Origin: Promethearchaeia archaeon
GTDB taxonomy: Archaea; Asgardarchaeota; Lokiarchaeia; Sigyniarchaeales; SOKP01
NCBI GenBank assembly: GCA_046497275.1
Contig: JAWOFX010000064.1
Span: 1-32,000, forward strand
Length of the DNA stretch: 32,000 bases
Direction of reading: 5' to 3'
Shown: in pieces, positions 1-8,578 of the stretch
Numbering within the stretch: position 1 is the first letter of the stretch
Layout: each line of letters begins with the position of its first letter
The notes under the pieces: model-generated
What the model saw: only the letters and a program-made list of their open reading frames with translations
The model's database searches: none
Told to the model about the DNA's origin: nothing
Program-made: the position numbers and the translations under genes

Positions 1-48
1 TCTTGGTGTACCTCGATGGAATTTTGATAAATAACCTAAAATTATCAT
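1..48 (-). CDS. 5' end of an unidentified CDS running off the left edge (MIILGYLSKFHRGTPR...)
   Basis: Manual translation: ATG at 48, with an alternative in-frame ATG at 69, open to position 1. Only 16 codons are visible. Confidence 0.3.
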   Translation of the reverse strand, partial: MIILGYLSKFHRGTPR

Positions 49-191
49 AATTCCGCAAAAATAAAACATATTTTTTTTTATTTAATCTTGGTTATTAAAG
101 ACAAAATAAGAAGAAAAATCGAGAGGTTACTGACATTTTTTGACAAAAATTGATTCCACCAAACCCTGACAAAAATATATTACATATAACA

Positions 192-217
192 CAAAAAAAG
201 AGAATAAAAGAAAAAAA
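192..217 (-). terminator. Oligo-T tract directly after the trpB2 stop, probable archaeal intrinsic terminator
   Basis: Several T runs on the minus strand begin a few nt after the TAA at 221-223. Confidence 0.4.
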
Positions 218-220
218 TAT

Positions 221-1633
221 TTAAAATTGGGATTCATCAATCTGAGGCATATCTGCATCATTTATGGATTTATTAATCCTCTCTTCTGATAATTCAAAGT
301 TTTCTAAATCACCGGTCATAAATTCTTTGTACGCCAGAAGGTCAAAATAGCCGTGACCACTGAAATTGAAAAGTATTGTTTTGTTTTCATTATTTTCTTT
401 TGCTTTAAGTGCTTGATCCATAGCTTCTTTAATAGCATGATTTGTTTCGGGTGCAGGTAAAATCCCCTCTGCTTTTGCAAATAACATTCCTGCTTCTATA
501 ACTTCAAGCTGATGATGCATAGTTACGTCAATTATTCCATTATTATATAAATTAGATACAATAGGAGCCATTCCATGATATCGTAATCCCCCAGCATGAA
601 TTGGACTAGGTATGAAATTATGACCGAGGGTGTGCATCTTTAGGATAGGTGCTTTCTTGGCAGAATCCCCGTAATCCCAAGTATATTTTCCTTTACATAC
701 ACTCGGACATGCCCGAGGTTCAACTCCAATAATCTGAATATCTGGACTATCACCACGAATTTTATCTCGTGCAAATGGAATCATTAATCCAGAGAAGTTT
801 GACCCTCCCCCCATACAACCTATGACGATATCGGGATATTCGATACCAGATTTTTTGAGTTGTATTTGTGCTTCCTGACCAATGATGGTCTGATGAAGAC
901 AAACAAAATTAACTACACTTCCCAAGGAATATCGGATTTTGTCACTCCTTAAACTATGTTCGACCGCCTCTGAAATAGCGATACCTAAGCTCCCAGGATG
1001 TTCTGGATCACTTTCATAATAACTTTTTCCAGATTCTGTAAATCTTGAAGGAGACGCATGAACTTCGGCATCATATGATCTCATTAGTATTTTTCGTCCA
1101 GGCTTTTGAATAAAACTTGCTCTTACCATATAAACCGTACATGTGATATTAAATAAGGAACATCCATATGAAAGACCAGATCCCCATTGCCCTGCTCCAG
1201 TCTCCGTCACCAGCTCATTTATTCCATCCGCTTTGGCGTAGTATGCTTGAGCGAGCGCGGTATTGGGTTTATGTGAACCCGTTGGAGAGACTGATTCATT
1301 CTTATAGAATATCTTTATTTCTTCTCCCTCAACACCCAATTCTTTTTCTAGTCCATACGCTCTATGAAGTGGAGTGGGTCTATGTGATCTTGCATAAATC
1401 TCTCTTAAATCTTTTGGGATCGGTATAGTGGGTTCTTGGGATACTTCTTGAATAACACATTCCTTCGGAAAGATGGCAGCTGCCATTTCAAAGGGTGCAG
1501 GCTTTCCATTCATCGGGTTTATTAAGGGTGTCATAGGTGTGGGTAAATCGGGTAAAATATTTATCCACTCTTTTGGCACTTCCTTTGGATCTAACAAAAT
1601 TCTTGCATTAAAATAATCTGTCACTTTAAACAC
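221..1633 (-). CDS. trpB2: TrpB2-type PLP-dependent tryptophan synthase beta chain (stand-alone)
   Basis: PLP-lysine motif SPTGSHKPN, TETGAGQWG, GGGSNF, HAGGLRYHG, PAPET, NFSGHG. The long N-terminus (W.NI.PDLP) is typical of TrpB2. No trpA is adjacent. GTG start. Confidence 0.95.
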   Translation of the reverse strand: MFKVTDYFNARILLDPKEVPKEWINILPDLPTPMTPLINPMNGKPAPFEMAAAIFPKECVIQEVSQEPTIPIPKDLREIYARSHRPTPLHRAYGLEKELGVEGEEIKIFYKNESVSPTGSHKPNTALAQAYYAKADGINELVTETGAGQWGSGLSYGCSLFNITCTVYMVRASFIQKPGRKILMRSYDAEVHASPSRFTESGKSYYESDPEHPGSLGIAISEAVEHSLRSDKIRYSLGSVVNFVCLHQTIIGQEAQIQLKKSGIEYPDIVIGCMGGGSNFSGLMIPFARDKIRGDSPDIQIIGVEPRACPSVCKGKYTWDYGDSAKKAPILKMHTLGHNFIPSPIHAGGLRYHGMAPIVSNLYNNGIIDVTMHHQLEVIEAGMLFAKAEGILPAPETNHAIKEAMDQALKAKENNENKTILFNFSGHGYFDLLAYKEFMTGDLENFELSEERINKSINDADMPQIDESQF

Positions 1634-1732
1634 GTTTTAATATTTTTTAAATTTTTATGTGTCTCATAATAAAATTGGAAATCAATAGTATTAATGCACA
1701 TAAATAAAGTTTTAATATCTTGAAAATGAATC

Positions 1733-1767
1733 AAAACAAAAGAAAAAAGACATTAATCGAAATAGTC
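1733..1767 (-). terminator. Weak hairpin plus long U-tract between the Trp-rich uORF and trpB2 (candidate attenuator terminator)
   Basis: mRNA GACUAUUUCGAUUAAUGUC (1767-1749; about 6 bp with one bulge) is followed immediately by UUUUUUCUUUUGUUUU (1748-1733). Confidence 0.55.
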
Positions 1768-1780
1768 CAATGCAAAGGCG

Positions 1781-1846
1781 TTATTGCCAACGCCAAGGCC
1801 ACTGCCAACACCAGAAATTATTTTTAACAGTTGCCATCTTATTCAT
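1781..1846 (-). CDS. Trp-rich leader peptide (uORF) MNKMATVKNNFWCWQWPWRWQ, candidate trp attenuation leader
   Basis: Manual translation: ATG at 1846, second in-frame ATG at 1837, five TGG codons among the last ten sense codons, TAA at 1781-1783. Same strand as and directly upstream of trpB2. Confidence 0.8.
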   Translation of the reverse strand: MNKMATVKNNFWCWQWPWRWQ

Positions 1847-1881
1847 TTTATAAGGACTATTTATTTTTAGTTGTTTTTCAG

Positions 1882-1890
1882 TATTTAAAA
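1882..1890 (-). promoter_or_regulatory. Candidate TATA box for the leader-trpB2 transcript
   Basis: Minus strand TTTTAAATA predicts a start site near 1860. AT-rich context makes this uncertain, and a second candidate TATAAAAA lies at 1899-1906. Confidence 0.35.
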
Positions 1891-1991
1891 AGTTATTGTT
1901 TTTATACGTACTTTTTCCCATTCCTATTTGCGTTAGAAAAAGACATATCTCTCTTATATAATTTTATAACAAGAAAGGATTACATAGATTG

Positions 1992-2359
1992 TTATTCTTC
2001 AAAGATCTTGACTAGATTTCTTGCTGCTACCCGCATCACTTTCACAGTCTTCATTAGCGTATCTATAATTGTTCCAGCGCATACAATTACTAATTTTCCG
2101 GCATTTGTGATAACGATATATCCATCTTCTGCCCTCAAAATTATTTCACTGAGATCTTCTTGAAATAATTGTTGGATAGTAGATCTTCCTGTCATCAGAA
2201 GAGCAGACGCTAATCCACAAAATTGATCTCCATCAACTTTATAATGGGGCAGAGCGGAGAATGCTATCTGGTACCCCTCTGAGGAGACTAATGCAATCGC
2301 TTCAATATCTGCATTAGAGGTTATGAATGTTATTTCTGGTGAAATCTTCTCTATATCAT
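1992..2359 (-). CDS. Roadblock/LC7 (MglB-like) domain protein; 5' end uncertain
   Basis: The frame is open from 2411 to 1992. Upstream of the annotated ATG (2195) it reads DIEKISPEITFITSNADIEAIALVSSEGYQIAFSALPHYKVDGDQFCGLASALL, the N-terminal half of a Roadblock fold (I..IALVS.EG), followed by LSEIILRAEDGYIVI. There is no in-frame ATG/GTG/TTG upstream of 2195. Confidence 0.8.
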
Positions 2360-2578
2360 CGTTAGTTATTCCTAGATCGCTCCCAAACTGAATCTTGAAA
2401 ACCTTATAATTTTAATTTTTATTATTTAGTTTTATATCTTTATAGATATAAAAAAAAGATTTTTAATTTATTCTTTTTGGATTATATTTTATTTTAGAAT
2501 CAATGCTAATCTTAATTACTAAAAAATAAATAATTAATTTATTATATAGATGAAAGAACAATCACGTATAGTTAAAAA

Positions 2579-4900
2579 ATGATAACAACCAGAGAATCTA
2601 TCAATTATCAATTTTCATTAATATATGGATATTCATCGCCTAATCATGAGAATTTGATGGTTGGAGATATAATAAGTCCAGGAAATCTAACAAAAAATCT
2701 AATAAATGAGTTATCAAAAGATGTAATTAGATATTTAACTGAATTTAACGCAATGCTGCGGGATTATACAGGATCTGAATTATACTCTGTTGAATTCGAA
2801 TTATTAAATTATAAAGAAGGAGATTATAGTATTAAAATTTATCCAAAATCAATGTTACTAATGCCTGGAAACTATAAAGAATGTGAAAGTCTTATGCTTG
2901 CATTAAAACCCGAAACAGGATATCTGAACGTTCATAAGTCTAGTCAATCAATAAACGGGATAAGTAAGCTATTTTTCGAAGTTGAAGATTATGCCAATCA
3001 TCCTAATCTTGATTATAATGAAAAGAAACAAGTTTATAAAACATTTGCTACAAGATTTAGTAAAAAATTGTTTGGTGAATTAATAGAAGATAAATGGAAT
3101 AAGAAATTAATTGGTTTATCTGAATCATTACCCACAGATAAAAAAAATTTAAAAATTTATAGCAAGCTAAAATCTAATTTAGAAATAAACTGGTATAAAA
3201 CACCCTTTGAAATAAAACTTTCACAAATTGAGTTCGGAAAAATTAGAGATCCTTTTGAAGGGAAGTCCGCAATTGAACACCTTAAATTTAGTATAACAGA
3301 GCCGAGTGCGGGATTTGTGATTGAAAAAACGTTAAAATTAGGGTCTAATTTACTAGATTTAGCAAATTGGGGTACAATTGATGAATTTCAAGAAAGAATA
3401 ATTAAGTTTATCTTAAAAAAAACGAGAGATACAATTTTATTAGACTTAGATAACAAATCTGAGATCCAAATAATTTCTCTATTTGACAATTTTCTTAAGC
3501 AAATAAAACAGAAATTAGAAGAATTTACTATATATTGTAAAAAATTTCTGAAAACCGGAGAGAAAGGAGATCTTGCTGAAATTTTATTAAAATTAAAAAA
3601 ATTTCTTAAAGAGCAGAATCAAAATTATAGACAAGAAGAAATTCAAGATATATACATTATTCTTAGGGATTTTATAAAAAAAACAATAAGTAAAAAACAA
3701 GAAATTAGAGCAAATGATTTTAATTCTTCTTTTAATTATTTTTCTGAATTGATAAATAGATCTTTTAATAAAATTCAAGAAAGTCTACCGAAATATCTTT
3801 TAATCAGAAGACTTAATAAAACAGTTCAAACCTTAATTAAAAAACTTAAAAGTGAATTTGATAAGGAACAAAAGCCTGTTAAGATATTGGGTTATAGATT
3901 TATTGAAAAATTTAGAGATCATCTTCTAAAAATGATTAATAAATATTCAATCTTAACAGAAAAAAAAATAGTATTTGAAAGGGATATTATAAAAAAGAAC
4001 TTTATTAGATTAATCTCAAACTATTTAGATGATTTTTTTGATAATGTCCAATTAGGAATAGCAGAAATTATTTCTTTTGCTGAAATAAACACAGATGAAC
4101 ATTCGAAAAATATATCTCATTATATTGAAGATTTCAAAAAGTTCTCAGATGAAATACATTTCCTTTTAAGTTATATCCTAAGATATTCCACTATAAATAG
4201 ATTTATAAAAGATAAGCCAGATAAAGACATCTCGGACCCTGTTTCTTTCTCAACTAAATTTCATAGATTTCTAGAAAAAAGATTAGCAGGGATCGATTTA
4301 ATTTGGAAATCTGTAATTTTAGATTGGATAAAAAATTATGCTAAACTCTTTTTTAAATTAGAAGTCAATAGAATGTGGACAATTAATGAAATTTATACTG
4401 ATTTTATCAACTATCTCGAGGAGAAGGAGAAAATATCTAGAAATCCCAATAGTTTCACAGAATTCCTGGACACTTTCATAGCTAAAGTTGAAAATGAAGA
4501 TGAGAAGAAAACTCTAATGAAGTTTTACGAGCAATATAAATATTTTATTGGAGTTAATACTGAATTTCCTAAATACTTACGTGAAAAAATTGAAACTCAA
4601 ATTAAAAGTTTAAATTTAGATTGGGAAAATGATTTTCCAATAGAAATTTTATCTTCAAATGAGAATTCAAATAGTTTTTATGAATATATAAGAGAAAATG
4701 AACTAAAATATTTTTCAAATTTAATCCCTGTTCCATCAACCATGATATTAAAACATAAACTAAACAATGAGGAGTTAGAACTCTTTAAGGGAGATTTATT
4801 CCAAGTGTTTGGTTTTAAGAATTGGGGAGTTGGAAATATTGCATTAGATTTATCTGATAATTTTCAGGAAGTATATAGAGAGTGGATAAAAGAATTATGA
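2579..4900 (+). CDS. Large hypothetical protein (773 aa), mostly helical/coiled-coil centre
   Basis: Long ORF with codon usage like its neighbours; no motif recognised. Confidence 0.85.
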   Translation: MITTRESINYQFSLIYGYSSPNHENLMVGDIISPGNLTKNLINELSKDVIRYLTEFNAMLRDYTGSELYSVEFELLNYKEGDYSIKIYPKSMLLMPGNYKECESLMLALKPETGYLNVHKSSQSINGISKLFFEVEDYANHPNLDYNEKKQVYKTFATRFSKKLFGELIEDKWNKKLIGLSESLPTDKKNLKIYSKLKSNLEINWYKTPFEIKLSQIEFGKIRDPFEGKSAIEHLKFSITEPSAGFVIEKTLKLGSNLLDLANWGTIDEFQERIIKFILKKTRDTILLDLDNKSEIQIISLFDNFLKQIKQKLEEFTIYCKKFLKTGEKGDLAEILLKLKKFLKEQNQNYRQEEIQDIYIILRDFIKKTISKKQEIRANDFNSSFNYFSELINRSFNKIQESLPKYLLIRRLNKTVQTLIKKLKSEFDKEQKPVKILGYRFIEKFRDHLLKMINKYSILTEKKIVFERDIIKKNFIRLISNYLDDFFDNVQLGIAEIISFAEINTDEHSKNISHYIEDFKKFSDEIHFLLSYILRYSTINRFIKDKPDKDISDPVSFSTKFHRFLEKRLAGIDLIWKSVILDWIKNYAKLFFKLEVNRMWTINEIYTDFINYLEEKEKISRNPNSFTEFLDTFIAKVENEDEKKTLMKFYEQYKYFIGVNTEFPKYLREKIETQIKSLNLDWENDFPIEILSSNENSNSFYEYIRENELKYFSNLIPVPSTMILKHKLNNEELELFKGDLFQVFGFKNWGVGNIALDLSDNFQEVYREWIKEL

Positions 4901-7287
4901 TTAGCGGGATAAAAAGAAAGTCAACAGCGATGGAAAGTGCATTTAGATACTTTCAAACTGTTGATTTAATCATCTCTCATTTTAAGAGAGAAGCCGACAA
5001 AGAGAAGATTTTTGAGATATTAGATGAGACATTTACATTAAAAGATTTACTAGTTTCGACAGCAGCAATTCATATTTATCATAACTTAGGGATAAGAGTT
5101 GAACAAGCAATTGATATTAAGGAGGGTACTGTTGAATCCTCAAGAAAGCAAGAAATATTGGAGAAACAAAATATATTTGAGGAAGTGAAATATCTTCTTA
5201 AAGATTCCTTTGAATCTGAAATGGATATCTTTATGAGGATAATTGAACTTGAAAATAGATTTATTAATTTATTAATAGATTTAAGAGATCCAAACATTTC
5301 GGAAAATCAAAAACAAGAAAAATTGAATGAAATAGATCAATATTTAGAGAAAGAATTATTGAAATTTATTTTGGAATATAAAATCTTTAATTTTTATGAT
5401 CTTATAGGAGATTTAATAGGTTATACCAATGAAGTGAAAAAAGATATTTTAGATGTTAGTGGAGATTTCAAAGACTTGTCAATTGAATTAGAAAAAAGAC
5501 TTAAACAAGAGGAAAAAGAGGATAAATACATAGAATTATCAACCTTGAATAGAATAATTGAAAAAATAAAAACCAATTTTGAGTTCAAATCTTATCAAGA
5601 ATTAAAAATGCAGGCCATGCCTGTTAGAATGATTAAAAAAGAAATAATTAATCATGATTTGGAACGTTTTCCAATCTCTATACCTGGTTTGATGGCATTT
5701 AAAGAAGCAAATCGATTAAAAGAGAGATTAATAAAAAAAATTGAGGAAAATTTAGAAAAAAAGATAGATTATCAACATTTTGAAGAAGAGATTTTCTCGT
5801 TTATGAAAAAGGAGATTATTGAACAATTAAATACAAATCCAAATGACTTTATATATTTTTTACAAAATCTTAATGAAGAGAATTTCGAGGAGATTATTTA
5901 TACACTTCACAAATATGGTATTTTTAATATTTTAGAATTAATCAATATCGACGATGATTTGGCTAAAAAAGTAAAAGAAAATATGATTCGGTATAATATT
6001 AAAAAATTCGATATAATCCAACTTAATGATCGCAAAAAAAATATTTTAATAAAAACTAAAAAGGTATTAAATGAGATAAGCAGGAGCAATTTACAAAAAA
6101 TAGAGGGCATTAATGATGAAATTATAGATTTAAAGAAAATAATAAAAGAGGAAAAGAATAATAATTTGGAATTATGGAAATTGATTGAAAATAAAACTGG
6201 TTCTGATTATATTGAACTTAAAGAATTTATAAGAAAGAAAGAAATTGTGGATAAAATCTTTTTAGAGAATTTGGGAATAATGAATTATTCTCAAATATTG
6301 TTATTACTGGATTTTGAGAATATTATCAATAATTTGGTTAAAGATACTTTCTTTTATATCTTATCAAAAATTTTAAGACAATTGAGCAGAATTATCGAAG
6401 CTTTTTTAAAAATTACGAATGAAAAAACCCTTTATCTTTTAGCTTTTAAAAAGATGTATAATACAACAGAATCAGAAGATTGGGTATGGATAAAACTCGA
6501 GGAATTGATAATTCAGAGATTAATTAAGAGACAAAGTGAATTAGTAGTCTTATTTAATGCCTATGACAGACCCTTTTTAATAAACGGATTTATATTAGCA
6601 AGATTAACTGAATCATCATTAGAAAAAGCTAGAAATATTCTAGAGAATAAAATAAGTCCCATATATGAAGATATTAAACCAATAAAACTTAAAAAAGATT
6701 TGATCTCTCCAATATCCTATTGTTTAGCTTATGATTTAATTAAAAGGTTTGAAAATTATGAAGAATTAAGAAAAGAAAATGTACTAAAAATAATGGAAGA
6801 AAAAGTAGAGCAAAAAGAAAAAATTAAAAAGGAAATAAGAAGAAATCAAGAAAAAAATACATTCAATTGGATAGAGAGAAAAATAACTTCCTCTTTAATG
6901 AGGATAAATAGCCCAGGGATAAATCCAAATCAATTATATTGGACTGAAAGGGATACAAAAATTACTTCAGATAATATAAAACTTCATAGTGAATTAAATG
7001 GAGATACTTTTGATTTGTTTATAGAATATTTTCAATTTGCTATTGATAAAATCGAATCTCTCTATTCTGATTTGAAACTTCCTAATCCGGAAAAAATCAA
7101 ATTTATAATAAGGAAGATTATCAACGTTATTTTAAAAGAGAGATTTGCGCATGAGCCTAATCTTGAAGAAATCAACAATATGTTGGATGGGGAAAGATAT
7201 GAAGTCGCTAAACAAATTGCAAAAAAGATTGGGACTATATTAGATAAAGCACTATATTCTAAGTTTAAATTAAAAAGAAAATCATAG
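4897..7287 (+). CDS. Large hypothetical helical protein (about 796 aa)
   Basis: Long ORF. Start placed at ATG 4897, which overlaps the upstream TGA (ATGA), rather than GTG 4882. Confidence 0.85.
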   Translation: MISGIKRKSTAMESAFRYFQTVDLIISHFKREADKEKIFEILDETFTLKDLLVSTAAIHIYHNLGIRVEQAIDIKEGTVESSRKQEILEKQNIFEEVKYLLKDSFESEMDIFMRIIELENRFINLLIDLRDPNISENQKQEKLNEIDQYLEKELLKFILEYKIFNFYDLIGDLIGYTNEVKKDILDVSGDFKDLSIELEKRLKQEEKEDKYIELSTLNRIIEKIKTNFEFKSYQELKMQAMPVRMIKKEIINHDLERFPISIPGLMAFKEANRLKERLIKKIEENLEKKIDYQHFEEEIFSFMKKEIIEQLNTNPNDFIYFLQNLNEENFEEIIYTLHKYGIFNILELINIDDDLAKKVKENMIRYNIKKFDIIQLNDRKKNILIKTKKVLNEISRSNLQKIEGINDEIIDLKKIIKEEKNNNLELWKLIENKTGSDYIELKEFIRKKEIVDKIFLENLGIMNYSQILLLLDFENIINNLVKDTFFYILSKILRQLSRIIEAFLKITNEKTLYLLAFKKMYNTTESEDWVWIKLEELIIQRLIKRQSELVVLFNAYDRPFLINGFILARLTESSLEKARNILENKISPIYEDIKPIKLKKDLISPISYCLAYDLIKRFENYEELRKENVLKIMEEKVEQKEKIKKEIRRNQEKNTFNWIERKITSSLMRINSPGINPNQLYWTERDTKITSDNIKLHSELNGDTFDLFIEYFQFAIDKIESLYSDLKLPNPEKIKFIIRKIINVILKERFAHEPNLEEINNMLDGERYEVAKQIAKKIGTILDKALYSKFKLKRKS

Positions 7288-7344
7288 AAATATTTTTTAT
7301 AGAATTATAATTATATAACTAAAAAGAAACGTTGATACATTATC

Positions 7345-7617
7345 TTGTCAAACATAAGCTCAAAAGTTAGAGACTTTTTAAAAAATCTACTAAATTCATT
7401 ACCTGAAATAATCTTTGGCTTCATTTTATTTTTGCTGGCAATTTCAGGGGTAATTATTGCTCTCATTTTAAGATCTCTCGGTTTTAATGGAGCAAATATA
7501 GTATTTTTAAGTTTAATAACGGAAATTTTCTGTTTAATTGCCGGTTATTTTATTTTTAATCGAAGATATATAAAGGAAGAACCAGAGAAGGAAAAAATAA
7601 AGAAATTTAAGAAATAG
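7345..7617 (+). CDS. Small membrane protein, two predicted TM helices and a charged C-tail
   Basis: Two hydrophobic stretches (IIFGFILFLLAISGVIIALIL; IVFLSLITEIFCLIAGYFIF). TTG start. Confidence 0.7.
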   Translation: MSNISSKVRDFLKNLLNSLPEIIFGFILFLLAISGVIIALILRSLGFNGANIVFLSLITEIFCLIAGYFIFNRRYIKEEPEKEKIKKFKK

Positions 7618-7624
7618 CAACTTT

Positions 7625-8338
7625 TTACTCTATAAATTTCTCCCATTTTTGTGTGTTATATTTGTGATTGGATAAATATTCTTTCAAATCTTCTATCAAA
7701 ACTTCTGGATTATATTCCCAAGCATGATTTTTATTAAAAGAAATGCATTTAACATTATTATAACTGAATATTGATTTAAACAATAACCCATAAGAAGCAA
7801 CTTGAGGTAGAGAATATAAAAAATTACCTTCTGGTTTATAATCTACAATTTTTATCATCTCTTTCTTAATTTCTATCAAATCAATGTGTCCAGTTATATA
7901 TTCTCCATTGATTTTTTTCCAAATCGGAGTTTCAATAGCAATAGAATTACGATCTCTTATCAATATATTTTTAAGTATTGGATCATGACCAGGATTTTTG
8001 TTTATTTTATTTTTTAGAAAATTTTGGTAGACTTCATTCGCAAAACGAGATAATTTGTAATCAGAATCGAATTTTATAATCTTTCCGGTGCGAACCAATT
8101 GTTTACTATAACTTCTTAAATATGGCCCCTTAATCCCCTTTAGCTTAAAGTTTGATATTCTTTGAATATTTTTCATATTAAAAATTTGATTAGGCACTCT
8201 TCCTTTATAGATCTCTTGAAAAAATTGTTTTAATTTCTTATAATCTTGATTTAATTGATTAATTTTTTCTAATCGGCTCTTATGATAATGAAAACTATAA
8301 CGTATATTTTGGTGATAAAAATCTCTTCTATTTAGCAT
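7625..8338 (-). CDS. PD-(D/E)XK (RecB-like) nuclease family protein
   Basis: IETPI...TGHIDLI...IVDYK...QVASY motif order. No Cys cluster of the Cas4 type. Confidence 0.8.
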   Translation of the reverse strand: MLNRRDFYHQNIRYSFHYHKSRLEKINQLNQDYKKLKQFFQEIYKGRVPNQIFNMKNIQRISNFKLKGIKGPYLRSYSKQLVRTGKIIKFDSDYKLSRFANEVYQNFLKNKINKNPGHDPILKNILIRDRNSIAIETPIWKKINGEYITGHIDLIEIKKEMIKIVDYKPEGNFLYSLPQVASYGLLFKSIFSYNNVKCISFNKNHAWEYNPEVLIEDLKEYLSNHKYNTQKWEKFIE

Positions 8339-8578
8339 GGGTTTTTATATAGAAATTAATATCTTAAATAAAAATAAGAATTTTTGATAATTAAACTCTT
8401 TATATTAAAGAATTATTAACTTTCATTGATTAAATTTCCCGACAATATAAAGAGAATTACAGGGAATAGAAAATTTAGAATTAATCCCTCTAAGATTCAC
8501 AATATATTATGAAATAAATTCTTAAAAAGATTTATATAAAATGACCTCCATCCCCTACTCCAGGAGCGGGGGTAAAAG

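Noticed and set aside
1168-1428. Antisense or shadow ORFs from the track: 1168-1428, 1831-2163, 3593-3778, 5079-5297, 5907-6110, 11404-11586, 13748-13996, 14537-14761, 16078-16266, 17330-17563, 25061-25267, 27712-27924
   Set aside because: Each lies opposite a well-supported gene and has no recognisable motif.
1781-1846. Reading the W-x-W-x-W peptide as a RiPP precursor
   Set aside because: No radical SAM enzyme, P450, peptidase or exporter is nearby; adjacency to trpB2 and the U-tract favour a regulatory leader.
7625-8338. Cas4 or CRISPR interpretation of the nuclease
   Set aside because: No Fe-S Cys motif, no other cas genes and no repeat-spacer array in the window.
7288-8578. Integrated element at tRNA-Arg or tRNA-Ile
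   Set aside because: No integrase or transposase and no duplicated tRNA 3' end that I could find by eye.
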